The notes beneath the pieces were generated by a model that ran no database searches, was not told the DNA's origin, and saw only the letters and a program-made list of their open reading frames with translations. Of a stretch of 35,018 bases of DNA, positions 7,502-17,854 are shown piece after piece; the first letter of the stretch is position 1; the number at the start of each line of letters is the position of its first letter. The stretch is taken from NCBI GenBank assembly GCA_964450175.1, contig CAYVHH010000199.1, positions 1 to 35,018 on the forward strand, written 5' to 3'. Made by a program: the position numbers and the translations under genes. This DNA is from an uncultured bacterium. Its GTDB lineage: Bacteria; Methylomirabilota; Methylomirabilia; Rokubacteriales; CSP1-6.

Positions 7502-8251
7502 CTACCTCAAGATGCTCCATAGCGATCGGAGCCAGCTGCCGACCTTCTCCACCCACGTCTCGCTCGCCGGGACCCGGCTGACGACGACGTCGTCGATCCA
7601 CGCCTTCAGCGGACCTTCCGCCACGAATCGGATGTCGAGATCGACGCGATCACCCGAGTTGAAGTCGAGGCTATAGCGCTGCCAGCCTTTGCCGGCGCCC
7701 GACACCTCGATCTTCGGCTCGTCCCACGACACCGAGCCGCCGTTCGGGCTCAGCCACAAGTCGCCGTCGTGTTCCATGCGATCGACCTTCGCCCAGAACC
7801 GCACGTTGTAGCCGGTCCGCGGTTTCACGCGAATGCGTTGAGCGAGCGTCGAGTAGACTTCGGTCTGCTTGTCGCTGCGATGCTCGACCAGGAGGGCGAA
7901 CCGACCGCCGGGCCGATGCTCGGCCGGATCCGAGCGCCAGTCGGCGACGGCGAGCTGCCCGGTCTGCGAGCTCCGGGTCGCGAGATACTGGTGAAGCCGC
8001 GCGGCGCCGCGATAGGCGGGAAAGTCCTCGAGCCAGCCCGTCCCCCAACCCACCAGGCGCGCCTCGAAGGATCCGTTCACGAGGTTGTTCGAGGTGGCCG
8101 GCAGCAAGACGAAATACCACAGCGCGGAAAAGAACAGGATCAGCCACACGGCGAGGAGGATCGAGACGGAGAGTTTCGGGGAATTCAGGTAGAACTGGAC
8201 GAGGAACTCGCCCGCCCCGTCCGACATCCGGTCGATCGTGCGATCGTACAT
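7502..8251 (-). CDS. Membrane-anchored protein with a CBM4_9-like carbohydrate-binding/jelly-roll domain
   Basis: ATG at 8251 follows GGGGAGGAA. The TM anchor is LSVSILLAVWLILFFSALWYFVLL. It is followed by NLVNGSFEARLVGWGTGW..., the NGxFE..W signature that opens CBM_4_9-type domains. Confidence 0.65.
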   Translation of the reverse strand: MYDRTIDRMSDGAGEFLVQFYLNSPKLSVSILLAVWLILFFSALWYFVLLPATSNNLVNGSFEARLVGWGTGWLEDFPAYRGAARLHQYLATRSSQTGQLAVADWRSDPAEHRPGGRFALLVEHRSDKQTEVYSTLAQRIRVKPRTGYNVRFWAKVDRMEHDGDLWLSPNGGSVSWDEPKIEVSGAGKGWQRYSLDFNSGDRVDLDIRFVAEGPLKAWIDDVVVSRVPASETWVEKVGSWLRSLWSILR

Positions 8252-8355
8252 CGCCGTTCGTTCCTCCCCTCTCGTAGGCCGTCCATCCAACGGCGCACCC
8301 GGCCCCCGGTCGTCGTCTTCGGCTTGCTTCGGCGCGCGCGCGATCCGACGCTCGA

Positions 8356-8652
8356 CTAACGAGCGGACACGCTGCGAGAGTCCAGGTCGTGCTGCCACGT
8401 CGGATCCACCACGTGGCGTAGCTCGTGGGCGAGGCACTCGTAGTCTCCCTCGGCGCAATAGACTTCGACGTGGCCGTTCGGGTAGCGCATCGTGCACCCG
8501 CGGTTGCTGCTCCCACCGGCGGCGCAGACGTGGCGGACGTCACCGATATACAGGGTGACCGGACCATTGGGGTAGCCGACGAACGGCGCAGTCGAGCAAC
8601 CGCCGACCAGGATCGCTGCCGCGCTCACCGCCGCGAGCCACTCGAGACGCAT
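8356..8652 (-). CDS. Small Cys-rich lipoprotein with an HExxH motif
   Basis: MRLEWLAAVSAAAILVGGC contains a lipobox. There is an internal duplication (YPNGPVTLY and YPNGHVEVY). The mature part has four Cys and CLAHELRHVVDPTWQH. Confidence 0.7.
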   Translation of the reverse strand: MRLEWLAAVSAAAILVGGCSTAPFVGYPNGPVTLYIGDVRHVCAAGGSSNRGCTMRYPNGHVEVYCAEGDYECLAHELRHVVDPTWQHDLDSRSVSAR

Positions 8653-8681
8653 CGAGACGCAGAAAACAGCACGAAAGGTGC

Positions 8682-8698
8682 CAGGCCAAAAGGGCCTG
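8682..8698 (-). terminator. Possible weak terminator or attenuator hairpin
   Basis: The minus-strand RNA reads CAGGCC CUUUU GGCCUG and is followed by GCACCUUUCGUGCUGUUUUCUG. It lies between the 8799 gene stop and the 8652 gene start. The U-tract is not immediately adjacent to the stem. Confidence 0.3.
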
Positions 8699-8798
8699 AA
8701 AACTTCGAGGCATACGCGCGTCGGCGGGCGCCGGCGTCGAATCTCGCGGAACAGGCTGGCACGCCGGTGACAAATATCGGTGCTCGCGCGCGCTGCGG

Positions 8799-9605
8799 CT
8801 ACTTCGGCCAGCGGGGCGAGGAGAGCTCGACTCGCCAGATCGGCCCGTTGACGAAGAACGGGCCTTCGAACTTCACGAATGCCGGCGGGGTGCCGCCGAG
8901 GACCCAGAACTTCAGATCGGGCGGCTCCTTTCCCGCGACCTTCGCGAACACGCCGGCGACGCCGCCGACCTCGAGATCGATGAGATACCGGGTCGCGCTG
9001 CGGCGCGCGTCGCCGACGATGATGGGATCCTGGCCTTGCGGCTGCATGGTCGTCTTCACCAGCCGAGGCTTCGGCGTGAAGGCCACGAGGTGCCCCGTGG
9101 CGATCTCGTCTTTCGTCAGGTTGTTCAGGATCGTCGCGGTCATCCCGTTGTAGACGTCCGGCGGGAGCTCGAGCGTCCCCGAGAACTCCTCGGTTTCTTT
9201 CTTGCCCTTCTCGCGTTGCTTGACCTCGTAGCGATTCGGCTCACGCGTGAACGCGACCTCGACGTCGGCCGGAAACGACGGGCCCCGCTGGATCTGCTTG
9301 TAGCTGAGCAGCTTGAGCACCGGCCGCTGCAGGTAGGTGACGGACTCGTCCTGGAGCGAGCCGTCGCGGAACCGCCACACGAAACGGCTCTCCATCCGAT
9401 CATCGTGCGCCAGCGCAGTCAGCTCGCCGTGCGCGAGCGTCTGGCCCTGAAGCGAGCGGAGGATGAGGAAGCCGTGTGTCTCGCCCTCGGGATAGCGCAC
9501 CGTCACGGGATCCGCCGTGGCGGCCGTCACCGTGATCACGATCAGCGACCAGACCCGGATCGCAGGGCGGAGCAATGTCCGAGGCAGCGAGTGCCGGCGC
9601 CGCAC
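8799..9605 (-). CDS. Secreted hypothetical protein
   Basis: 268 aa with a signal-like N-terminus (RVWSLIVITVTAATA). The sequence is balanced and non-repetitive with good codon bias. It starts 16 nt after the AOR stop. No family was recognised. Confidence 0.7.
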   Translation of the reverse strand: MRRRHSLPRTLLRPAIRVWSLIVITVTAATADPVTVRYPEGETHGFLILRSLQGQTLAHGELTALAHDDRMESRFVWRFRDGSLQDESVTYLQRPVLKLLSYKQIQRGPSFPADVEVAFTREPNRYEVKQREKGKKETEEFSGTLELPPDVYNGMTATILNNLTKDEIATGHLVAFTPKPRLVKTTMQPQGQDPIIVGDARRSATRYLIDLEVGGVAGVFAKVAGKEPPDLKFWVLGGTPPAFVKFEGPFFVNGPIWRVELSSPRWPK

Positions 9606-9621
9606 GACCGATGTGATCCGT

Positions 9622-11445
9622 TCAGCCTCGGAGGCCGAGCACCGACAGTCGTCCGGCCGTCGGCACGCCGTCGGCGTCCCAACCGCGCAGCGCGTAGTAG
9701 TCGTCGAGCATCGCGGCGAGCTCGGTCGGCGGACAGTACATGCCCGCGGAGGGCCCGTCCGGTATCGGCTCGTGCATCACCTTCCACGGCAGCACGTCCT
9801 GGGCCCGCCGCACGCCCTCGCGCACGTTGAAGAGCCGCTCGAGGTTGATGATGCGCTCGCCCACGCGCTCGAGCTCGTCGACGGTCACGTCCCAGCCGGT
9901 GACGGCGCGTACCATCGTGGCGTACGGATCGCCGATGAAGACGCCGAATCCGCGCTCGGAGGTGAAGCGGCACAGGACGAGCGAATCGCCGAGCGCGGTG
10001 AAGTGCTGGCTCCGCACGGCGAACGCGGGCTTGTCTTTCGTGCCGCGCCGATCGAAGCCCTGCGCGTACTGCGGTGTCGGCCGCGTATCGTGATGGCTCC
10101 CACCGCGGGTCGCGGTCGCGTAACCGATCGAGAGCCCCTTGAGCGCGCGCGCCGAGTGCGCGGGTAGCTCCAGCCCCTTCACGGCGTACACGAGCTTCGT
10201 GCCGTCGGGATGGACGGACGCGGCGAGCCGCCACGCGCCCTCGGCCACGCGGGTGCCGAATCCTTCGCGGCGCGCCGTCATCTCCACCAGCTTCAGCATG
10301 CCGCGCCAGTCACCCCAGCCGAACGGCACGCCCACCTCGCGCGCGTCGAGCCACCCGCGCTCGAGAGCCTCCGCCACGAACGCCAGGGTGACGCCGATCG
10401 AGATCGTGTCCATTCCGTAGAGGTCGCAGAGATCGTTGGCCAGGATGAGCGCCTCGGGATTCGAGATGCCGAGCATCGGCCCGAGCGCGAAGATCGTCTC
10501 GTACTCGGGCATCTTCGCCCTGGTGCCGGCGAACTCGCCCTCGACGATCCCGTACTGCTTGCCGCACGCAACCGGGCACTTGAGACAGGTCGTGTCGCGA
10601 TCGTGGTAGTGAAGCTTCATCTCCTCGCCGGAGATGACGCGCGCCTCGGCGAACGTTTCCTGGCGCAGGTTGTAGGCGCCGAGGCCGCCGAGGGCGTTGA
10701 TCGGCCCGACGAGAAACGGCGTGCCGAAGGTCGTGAGTGCCTTGGTGCCGGTCTTCAGGGGCTCGCGCGTGCCGTCGATGAGCGCCTTGAGCCCCGCGGC
10801 ATCGGCGACCTCGGTCTTGCGGGCGCCCCGGACCACGACCGCCTTGAGATTCTTCGAGCCCAGCACGGCGCCGATCCCGCCGCGCCCCGACACGCCCTCG
10901 CGGTTCTTCCAGTAGTGGGCCATCGCCGCGAACCGCACGCGATGCTCGCCGGCAGGCCCGATCGCGATCGCATCCGCGTCGGCGCCTTCGGCGTCGATCA
11001 GCGCGTTCACGGTCTCGCGCGTCGTTCGGCCCCACAATTCGGGCGCCCGCTTCACCGTCGCGCCCGTCTCGGTCACCAGGAGGTACGACGGCGCCGGCGC
11101 GCGTCCGGTGATCGCGACGGCGTCGAAACCGGTGCGCTTGAGTGTCGCCGGGAAGCGGCCTCCGAACGTCGAGTCGAAGAACAGGTTGGTCAGGGGGGAT
11201 TTGGTCGCGACGCACGCGCGGCTGTTGCCGGGCACCGTCGTGTCGGTGATCGGGCCCACGCCGAAGACGACCGCGTTTTCGGCGTCGAACGCGTCGATCC
11301 CGGGCGGCACGTGGTCGTAGAGCACGCGAGCCGCCAACCCGTTGCCGCCGAGGAGCGCGCGCGCGGTGGTCTCGTCGAGCGGCTCGACGCGGGCCGTCCC
11401 CGCCGTCAGATCGACGAACAGCAGGCGGCCCCCGTAGCCCTTCAC
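9622..11445 (-). CDS. Aldehyde:ferredoxin oxidoreductase family (tungstopterin enzyme)
   Basis: 607 aa. The N-terminus YGGRLLFVDLTAGTARVEPLDE..ARALLGGNGLAARVLY is typical of AOR. CLKCPVACGK is the CxxCxxxC 4Fe-4S motif. The GTG start at 11445 overlaps the upstream stop as GTGA. Confidence 0.9.
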   Translation of the reverse strand: MKGYGGRLLFVDLTAGTARVEPLDETTARALLGGNGLAARVLYDHVPPGIDAFDAENAVVFGVGPITDTTVPGNSRACVATKSPLTNLFFDSTFGGRFPATLKRTGFDAVAITGRAPAPSYLLVTETGATVKRAPELWGRTTRETVNALIDAEGADADAIAIGPAGEHRVRFAAMAHYWKNREGVSGRGGIGAVLGSKNLKAVVVRGARKTEVADAAGLKALIDGTREPLKTGTKALTTFGTPFLVGPINALGGLGAYNLRQETFAEARVISGEEMKLHYHDRDTTCLKCPVACGKQYGIVEGEFAGTRAKMPEYETIFALGPMLGISNPEALILANDLCDLYGMDTISIGVTLAFVAEALERGWLDAREVGVPFGWGDWRGMLKLVEMTARREGFGTRVAEGAWRLAASVHPDGTKLVYAVKGLELPAHSARALKGLSIGYATATRGGSHHDTRPTPQYAQGFDRRGTKDKPAFAVRSQHFTALGDSLVLCRFTSERGFGVFIGDPYATMVRAVTGWDVTVDELERVGERIINLERLFNVREGVRRAQDVLPWKVMHEPIPDGPSAGMYCPPTELAAMLDDYYALRGWDADGVPTAGRLSVLGLRG

Positions 11446-14420
11446 CGCCCGAGGTCTTTCAGTCCCTTGCGGGCCTTCTCGAGGACGTCGGCGGGCGCGT
11501 CCTTCTGCGCGATGAGCTTGTTGTAGACGATCGCGGCCGAATCGTTCTGCTTGAGGGCGGCCAAGCAGGCTCCGGCACCCAGCAGCCCGCTTCGTCCGGC
11601 CTGCGTGTCGGGCGCGACGTACGCCGCCGTCATGAAGTACTCGGCGGCGGCGAGATTCTCGCCCTCGCCCTGATACGCCTCACCGATGCCGATGGCCGCG
11701 GACGCGACGATATTCTTGTCGTCGCTTCGAAGCAGGCCCTCCAGCAGCTTGCGGGCCTCCGGCCCGCGCTTTTCCTGCGTGAGCACCCGCGCGTAGCCGA
11801 GCGCCATCTCCGGTCGCAGGTCGGCGGGATTCGCGTCCTTCAGCGCCCGGGTGTAAGCCTCGAGCGCGCCGGCGCGGTCGCCGGCGGCGTCACGCGCGCG
11901 AGCCAGCGCGCCCCACGCGCGCTGCGCGCGGGGATCGGTCGGCGATGTCGAGACGAATTGCTCGAGCACCGGGCGGCCGGCCTCCGGCTTTCCGGTTTCC
12001 ACCAGCGCCTCGGCGACCGTCACGCGGGCTGGCTCGAGGAATGGGCTCTTGGGATAGAGCTTTTCCATCAGGCCGTACGCGTCGATCACCGTGGGCCACG
12101 CGTCCCCCGCCGCGGCGCCGGCGCCGACGCGCTCGAGTGCGTCATCGGCGGCCTCGTCGGACGGAAACTCGGACGTGAGCCGCTTCGCGGTCGCGAGCGC
12201 GCCGGGCCAGTCCTTCTCGTCGACGGCGATGGCGGTCAGGACGTAGAGCAGTCGCGGCGCCGAGCGCGCCTTCGGGGCCTGGGCCAGGGCCGTCTGCGCC
12301 GGCTGCTTGAACTCCTTTGCGTCGCCGCGCTGGAAGGCGACCACCGCCAGCCCGTAGCCCGCGACCGCCGCGACGTCGGCCGTCCCGCCGTCGCGCGCCT
12401 CGGTGAACCTGGTCTGCGCCTGGGCCCACTGGCTCTCGGCGAGCGCCGTGGCGCCGAGGCCCAGCTGAGCCAGCGGACCGATGCCCTCCGCCTGCGCCCG
12501 CTTGAAGGCCGTCCCCGCTTCGGTCGGTCGCCCGGCGGCCAGGAGCGCGGCGCCGAGTGCCGCCTGCGCCCGACCGATGAGCGGCGGAAACGGCGCCCGT
12601 CTGATCCAGTCGCGCAGCGGCGCCTCGGCGCCGGTCGCGTCGCCCATCCGCAGCATGAGAATCGCGCGATTGAGCCGCGCGAAGTCCGTTCGCGGCGCGC
12701 TCGGGAAGGTGTTGATGACCCGATCGAGGAGCTGGCGGGCTTCCTCGCGATCGGCGTCCCGCCGGACCGCGAGCTCGGACGCGAGCTCGAGCGCGTCCGG
12801 CGCGCGAGGATCCCCCGGCATCGCCTGCGCGAACTCGAGAAACTCTCGTCGCGCGTCCTCCAGTCGGTCATGGCGCATCAGGGACCACGCGAGCCCCAGC
12901 CGCGCGGACGGCGCCTGCGCGTGCCCGGGGACGTCGGTGAGCACGCGCCGGAACGCGGCCGCGGCCGTCACGTGATCGCCCGCGTAGTACGCGGCCTCGC
13001 CGCGCAGCAGGAGCGCCGCGACGCGCGCGTCGGGCGACGGAGCGCCCGACACGACAGCGGGGAGATCGCGCACGGCCTGGGCGTATTCGCGCAGCTCGAA
13101 GTTCGACTGGGCCAGACGATACGACGCGTACCAGCCGGTCGGGCTCGTCGGCTCCATGCGCTGCGAGAGCTCATACTGCGTGCGCGCTTCGTCGCGGTTG
13201 CCGGCGAGCCGATAGCCCTCGCCCTTCAGCAGGAGCACGTGCGCGCGGATCGAGTTCGTGAGCGTGGCGCTCAGCAGCTCCTGCGTGAGCCCCGGCACCT
13301 CCGCCGGCTTCTTCGCCTCGATCATGGCCCGCGTCAACCGGATCTGGAGCGGAACGACGAGCGGCGAGCGACGCCCTTCGAGGCCGCGCAGCATCCCTCG
13401 CGCGGCGTCGGGATCGGTCGGGAACAGCGCCAGCGCAAGGCCGGCCTCGACCCAGGGGCGCTCCGGACCGTTGCCCTTCGGCGACGTGAGATACGCGCGA
13501 AACGCCGCCACGCTCTCGGGATAGCGCTCGGCGGCGAGGCTCCACCAGCCGAGCCGCGCCCGGCCCGAGTCGAGCAGCGGGTGCGGTCCGCCCTGCACGA
13601 ACTGGGCGAGCGTGGTGATCGCACGGTCGTACTGCCCGATGCGCCCGAGCGCTTCCCCGAGCCAGAACAAGACGTCGCGGGCGAGCGTGGCGGGTGCGCG
13701 GGGCGCGAGCGCCGTCCACGCGGCCACCGCGTCGTCGTGGCGTCCGAGCGCGTAGTTGGCGAGCCCCAGTCCGTGGCGTGCCCAGGCCTCGAGCTCCGGC
13801 GGCGTCGCCGACTGGAACTGCGCGAACGTGTCACGCGCGCGGTTCATGTCGTTGAGCCGGAGCGCGGTCCAGCCGCTCGAGTGCTGGCTCCAGACCGTAA
13901 AATCCGCGGTGCGCGGCCCGCGGGCCACCTGCCGGAAGAGCGCATCGGCCTGCTGGATCCGATCGAGCCGGTAGTAGGTTTCGGCCAGCCAGTAGCGCGC
14001 CTCGGTCAGGAGGTCGCGCTCCTTCCCGCGACGTACGGCGCCCTCGAGGTCCTGGACGGCGTCGTCGAGCTCGCCCTTGGCAAAGTGCGAGCGGCCGCAC
14101 TCGAGCGCCTTCGACGCGATCCCGAAGGCGGCGCCGACGCACGCGAGCGTCCCGGTCGACGTAATAGGCGCCGTGGGCTTGGGTGCGGCCGGCGTGACGA
14201 TCGCGGCCAGCGGCAGCGCCGGCAGCTCCGAGGGCGATGGCGGCAGCGGCAGGTCGGCGACCGCGATCGGAGGCTTCTCGATCGGCGCTTCGGCGAACGG
14301 AACGAGCTGCGCGATGTCCGGCGGCGGCGGCGTCAGCGGTAACACCGTCGCGGCCGGCGCCGTTCCCGGCCACCCGACCAGCGCCGCGAGCGCCACGACT
14401 GCCGAAAGGCGGCGCCTCAC
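11442..14420 (-). CDS. Large exported tetratricopeptide-repeat protein (992 aa)
   Basis: The GTG start at 14420 overlaps the upstream TGA as GTGA. The N-terminus [24 protein letters not shown] is signal-like and is followed by a Pro-rich linker. More than 800 aa of TPR-like A/L/Y/W-periodic helices follow (ARYWLAETYYRLDRIQQADALF, and others). Confidence 0.8.
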   Translation of the reverse strand: MRRRLSAVVALAALVGWPGTAPAATVLPLTPPPPDIAQLVPFAEAPIEKPPIAVADLPLPPSPSELPALPLAAIVTPAAPKPTAPITSTGTLACVGAAFGIASKALECGRSHFAKGELDDAVQDLEGAVRRGKERDLLTEARYWLAETYYRLDRIQQADALFRQVARGPRTADFTVWSQHSSGWTALRLNDMNRARDTFAQFQSATPPELEAWARHGLGLANYALGRHDDAVAAWTALAPRAPATLARDVLFWLGEALGRIGQYDRAITTLAQFVQGGPHPLLDSGRARLGWWSLAAERYPESVAAFRAYLTSPKGNGPERPWVEAGLALALFPTDPDAARGMLRGLEGRRSPLVVPLQIRLTRAMIEAKKPAEVPGLTQELLSATLTNSIRAHVLLLKGEGYRLAGNRDEARTQYELSQRMEPTSPTGWYASYRLAQSNFELREYAQAVRDLPAVVSGAPSPDARVAALLLRGEAAYYAGDHVTAAAAFRRVLTDVPGHAQAPSARLGLAWSLMRHDRLEDARREFLEFAQAMPGDPRAPDALELASELAVRRDADREEARQLLDRVINTFPSAPRTDFARLNRAILMLRMGDATGAEAPLRDWIRRAPFPPLIGRAQAALGAALLAAGRPTEAGTAFKRAQAEGIGPLAQLGLGATALAESQWAQAQTRFTEARDGGTADVAAVAGYGLAVVAFQRGDAKEFKQPAQTALAQAPKARSAPRLLYVLTAIAVDEKDWPGALATAKRLTSEFPSDEAADDALERVGAGAAAGDAWPTVIDAYGLMEKLYPKSPFLEPARVTVAEALVETGKPEAGRPVLEQFVSTSPTDPRAQRAWGALARARDAAGDRAGALEAYTRALKDANPADLRPEMALGYARVLTQEKRGPEARKLLEGLLRSDDKNIVASAAIGIGEAYQGEGENLAAAEYFMTAAYVAPDTQAGRSGLLGAGACLAALKQNDSAAIVYNKLIAQKDAPADVLEKARKGLKDLGR

Positions 14421-15793
14421 GACTTCTTCTCGGCGTTCGTGGCCGGCTTCGAGGGCTGTGCCCTGACCGCGGCCGCCCGGTCGCGCGCCCAGTTGCGCAG
14501 GGTGGCGTCCGGGCTCTTGCTGGCGACGGCGTCGTAGGCGGCCAGGGCCGCGCGGATCTCGCCGAGCTGCTCCCGCGCCAGGCCGAGGCCGGCCAGGGCG
14601 CGGTAGCGGTCGCCGGCTTCGAGATTCTTCACGCCGCCCACGGCCTCGAACGACTTCGCGGCGTCCTTGAAGCGGCTGAGCTTGAGCTCCGACTCGCCCT
14701 CGAGCAGGAGCGCGCGGGCGCGGACGCCCTCGTCGTCGCTCGCGGTGGCCGCCTTGGCCTGCGCGGCCGCCTGGGTCCATTCCTTCTTCTTGAACGCCGT
14801 CTCGGCCATGTCGTAGGCCGCCTGGTACGCCAGTGGGTGATTCGGGTGTTCCTTGCGGAGCCGTCCCCAGGCCACTTGCTGGTCCTTGACCTGGCCGAGC
14901 TTGCCCGCAATCACGCCCGCGTCGTAGAGCGATTCGGCCGTGGCCGCCGGCTGCTGCATCAGCTGTGAGTACGCGCCCTTCTGCTGGGCCGGCGTGCCGA
15001 CCTTGGCGATCGTCTCGGTGACCTTTCGCCGGGCGGCTGCCGCCTGCGGATGGCCGGGATACGCCGTGACGAAGTCCTTGAGCTCGGCGACACCCGCGTC
15101 GCGCTCGCCCATCGCCAGCCGCGTCGACCCGAGGAGGTATTGCGCGTCGGGGACGAGCTTGCTCTTTGGATATTTCGTGGCGAACGGGGTGAGCAGCGGC
15201 ACGGCCTCGGCATAGCGCTTCTGGTCGGCGAGCGTTTGCGCCAGATAGAAGGTCGCCGACGGCGCAGTCGAGTGCTCGGGCCACGAGGTCAAGAGATCGC
15301 GGAAGCCCTTGATCGCCGGCTCCGGCCGCCGCAGCTCGAGCTCGCACAGGGCGAGGCCGTAGACCGCCTCGGGAGCGAGCGGCGAGGCCGCGTCCTTGCT
15401 GAGCACGTCGTCGTAGGCCGAGCGCGCCGCCGCGAACTGCTTCAGGCGATAGAGCGACTCGGCTTCCCAGAAGCGTCCCTCGAGCTGTTGCGCCGGCAAG
15501 GTCGCGATCGCGCGGAGGCGACGGAACGCGTCGAGCGCTTTCGCGGGCTCGCCGAGCGCGAGCCGAGACCGGCCGAGGAGCAGCATGGCCTGAGCGACCC
15601 GAGTGTCGTTCGGGTACTCGACGACGAAGCGATCCAGGACGCGGCGTGCGACCGGGTGCAGGCCGTCGGCGAACGCCCCGGCGCCCACGAGCCAGAGCCG
15701 GTCGGCCTCGTCGAGGGCGAGCGCAGGCGAAGCAGCGAGGCCGGCCAGCAGAATCGACGCCAACGCCGAAATAGAAAGCAGGCGGCGCGTCAT
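14417..15793 (-). CDS. Exported tetratricopeptide-repeat protein (458 aa, YbgF/BamD-like repeats)
   Basis: [26 protein letters not shown] is a signal peptide. Repeated motifs such as A.YLLG......G....A...F..V...YP.H are typical of TPR_6/YbgF-type repeats. Confidence 0.85.
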   Translation of the reverse strand: MTRRLLSISALASILLAGLAASPALALDEADRLWLVGAGAFADGLHPVARRVLDRFVVEYPNDTRVAQAMLLLGRSRLALGEPAKALDAFRRLRAIATLPAQQLEGRFWEAESLYRLKQFAAARSAYDDVLSKDAASPLAPEAVYGLALCELELRRPEPAIKGFRDLLTSWPEHSTAPSATFYLAQTLADQKRYAEAVPLLTPFATKYPKSKLVPDAQYLLGSTRLAMGERDAGVAELKDFVTAYPGHPQAAAARRKVTETIAKVGTPAQQKGAYSQLMQQPAATAESLYDAGVIAGKLGQVKDQQVAWGRLRKEHPNHPLAYQAAYDMAETAFKKKEWTQAAAQAKAATASDDEGVRARALLLEGESELKLSRFKDAAKSFEAVGGVKNLEAGDRYRALAGLGLAREQLGEIRAALAAYDAVASKSPDATLRNWARDRAAAVRAQPSKPATNAEKKS

Positions 15794-15834
15794 GATGACG
15801 TCTCATGGTAGCACGCTTGTGATACGGTCTCAGC

Positions 15835-16500
15835 GTGGCTCTGTGCGTGTTCGATCTCGATCACACCCTCATCCAGACCCCCCTCGATCTCGCCGCCATG
15901 GCCGTGGACATGCGCACGCTCATCGAGCGTGAGAACGGGCCCATGCCGGCCCGCAAGGAGCGCTACCGCGTCGGCGAGCTGATCGCGCACTGCCAGACCA
16001 GGGCGCCGGCTCTCGAGGCCGCCGTCTGGGAGCTCGCGCTCGACCACGAGCGCCGGGCCATGGAGGTCGCCGCGCTGGAGCCCGGCGCGCTCGCGGCCGT
16101 GGTGGGGGCGCGTCGCGGCGGGTTCGCGACCGCGATCTGGACCAACAACGCCCGCGAGCTCACCTTGCCGGCGCTCGCGCGCCTGGGTCTGGCCGACGAG
16201 GTCGACCTGGTCGTCACCCGGGACGACATGCGCGCGCTCAAGCCCGACCCGGACGGGTGGCGGGTGATCGCCGAGCACTTCGGCGGATCGGGGAACGGCG
16301 TCGGCAATCCGCGTGACGCGGTCGTGGTGGGCGACTCGTGGGTCGACGGCGTCGCGGCGGCCAAGGCGGGGGTGTCGTTCATCGCCTACCGGGCCCGGCA
16401 GGAGGACCTCGACCGCTGGCGGGTGACACCGATCGTCCACCTGGCGGACCTCGCACTCCTCCCGGCCTGGCTCGCGGTGCGGCGTAACGGACGGTCCTGA
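15835..16500 (+). CDS. HAD-superfamily hydrolase
   Basis: The N-terminal motif I is FDLDHTL (DxDxT). Motif II is WTNN and motif IV is [13 protein letters not shown]. The start codon is GTG. Confidence 0.85.
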   Translation: MALCVFDLDHTLIQTPLDLAAMAVDMRTLIERENGPMPARKERYRVGELIAHCQTRAPALEAAVWELALDHERRAMEVAALEPGALAAVVGARRGGFATAIWTNNARELTLPALARLGLADEVDLVVTRDDMRALKPDPDGWRVIAEHFGGSGNGVGNPRDAVVVGDSWVDGVAAAKAGVSFIAYRARQEDLDRWRVTPIVHLADLALLPAWLAVRRNGRS

Positions 16501-16501
16501 C

Positions 16502-17851
16502 GTGGAGCTCTTCGCCGAGTCCGACCGGGGCACGGGCGCTCCGCGCCCGCCGGCGCCCCTCGCCGACCGGATGCGGCCGCGCTCGCTCGACGAGATCGTC
16601 GGCCAAGACCACCTTCTGGGGCCGGGGCGCGTCCTGCGCGCGGCGATCGAGACCGGCGAGCTCCACTCGATGATCCTCTGGGGCCCGCCGGGCTCGGGGA
16701 AGACGACCCTCGCGTCCCTGATGGCGAGCGTGACCGGCGCCCGCTTCGTCGCGTTCTCGGCGGTTCTGTCCGGCGTCAAGGAGATCCGGGAGGTGATCGC
16801 CGAGGCGGAGCGCGAGGGGACGCGACGCGGGACCCGCACGATCCTGTTCGTCGACGAGATCCATCGCTTCAACCGCGCCCAGCAGGACGCCTTCCTGCCG
16901 CACGTGGAGAAGGGCACGGTCGTCCTGGTCGGCGCCACGACCGAGAATCCGTCGTTCGAGGTGAACTCGGCGCTCCTGTCGCGCTGCCGCGTCTACGTAT
17001 TGAGAGCGCTCGAGGACGACGATCTGCTCGCGATCATGCGCCGGGCGCTCGCCGAGGGCGCGCGCGGCCTCGCCGCCCTGCGCCCGGAGGTCACCGACGA
17101 CGGGCTGCGCTCGATCGCGCGCGTGGCCAACGGCGACGCGCGGGTCGCCCTGAACGTGCTCGAGGTGGCCGTCGCGCTCGCACCGGCCGGCGGCGGGCAG
17201 CGGCGCATCACCGACGCGACGATCCGCGAAGCCGCGCAGCGGCGGACCTTGCTCTACGACAAGTCGGGCGAGGAGCACTACAACCTGATCTCGGCGCTCC
17301 ACAAATCGCTGCGCGATTCGGACCCCGACGCCTCGCTCTACTGGCTCACGCGGATGCTCGAGGCCGGCGAGGATCGTCTCTATATCGCGCGCCGGCTCGT
17401 GCGCTTCGCGTCCGAGGACGTCGGCAACGCCGACCCCGGCGCGCTCACGCTCACGCTCGCCGCGAAGGAGGCGTACGACTTCCTCGGCGATCCGGAGGGC
17501 GAGCTGGCCCTCGCGCAGGCGACGCTCTATCTGGCGCTCGCGCCGAAATCGAACGCCGTGTACGTCGCCCACAACGAGGCGAAAGAGGACGTGGCCCAGC
17601 GGCCGGCCGAGCCGGTTCCCCTCCACATCCGGAACGCGCCGACGCGGCTCATGAAGGACATCGGCTACGGCGCCGGCTACCAGTACGCCCACGACGCGCC
17701 GGATGCGCGCGTGAGCCAGGAGGATCTGCCGGAGTCACTTCGCGGACGGCAATACTATCGTCCAACCGACCGCGGGCTCGAAGCCGAGCTCGGACGGCGG
17801 CTCGCCGAGTGGCGGCGCTGGCGCTCGGAGCGGCAACGCCCTAGGGTATAG
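16502..17851 (+). CDS. rarA: Replication-associated recombination protein A (AAA+ ATPase)
   Basis: [16 protein letters not shown], Walker [12 protein letters not shown], Walker [12 protein letters not shown], and the C-terminal MgsA domain ([30 protein letters not shown]). Confidence 0.93.
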   Translation: MELFAESDRGTGAPRPPAPLADRMRPRSLDEIVGQDHLLGPGRVLRAAIETGELHSMILWGPPGSGKTTLASLMASVTGARFVAFSAVLSGVKEIREVIAEAEREGTRRGTRTILFVDEIHRFNRAQQDAFLPHVEKGTVVLVGATTENPSFEVNSALLSRCRVYVLRALEDDDLLAIMRRALAEGARGLAALRPEVTDDGLRSIARVANGDARVALNVLEVAVALAPAGGGQRRITDATIREAAQRRTLLYDKSGEEHYNLISALHKSLRDSDPDASLYWLTRMLEAGEDRLYIARRLVRFASEDVGNADPGALTLTLAAKEAYDFLGDPEGELALAQATLYLALAPKSNAVYVAHNEAKEDVAQRPAEPVPLHIRNAPTRLMKDIGYGAGYQYAHDAPDARVSQEDLPESLRGRQYYRPTDRGLEAELGRRLAEWRRWRSERQRPRV

Positions 17852-17854
17852 ACC

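Noticed and set aside
11958-14342. 794-aa plus-strand ORF. Similar long ORFs occur at 10210..11526(+), 16379..17692(-), 17930..19456(-), 19456..20517(-), 26033..27418(-) and 27607..28566(-).
   Set aside because: All are antisense to genes with clear family motifs (TPR, AOR, rarA, ddl, murG, MTase/GNAT and rlmI). They have low-complexity R/G/P/A/D composition and are shadow ORFs.
11442-15806. Single giant 1454-aa protein
   Set aside because: The first 460 or so codons are Arg/Pro/Gly-rich nonsense running out of frame over the well-formed 458-aa TPR gene (14417..15793). The real second gene starts at GTG 14420, which overlaps the upstream stop.
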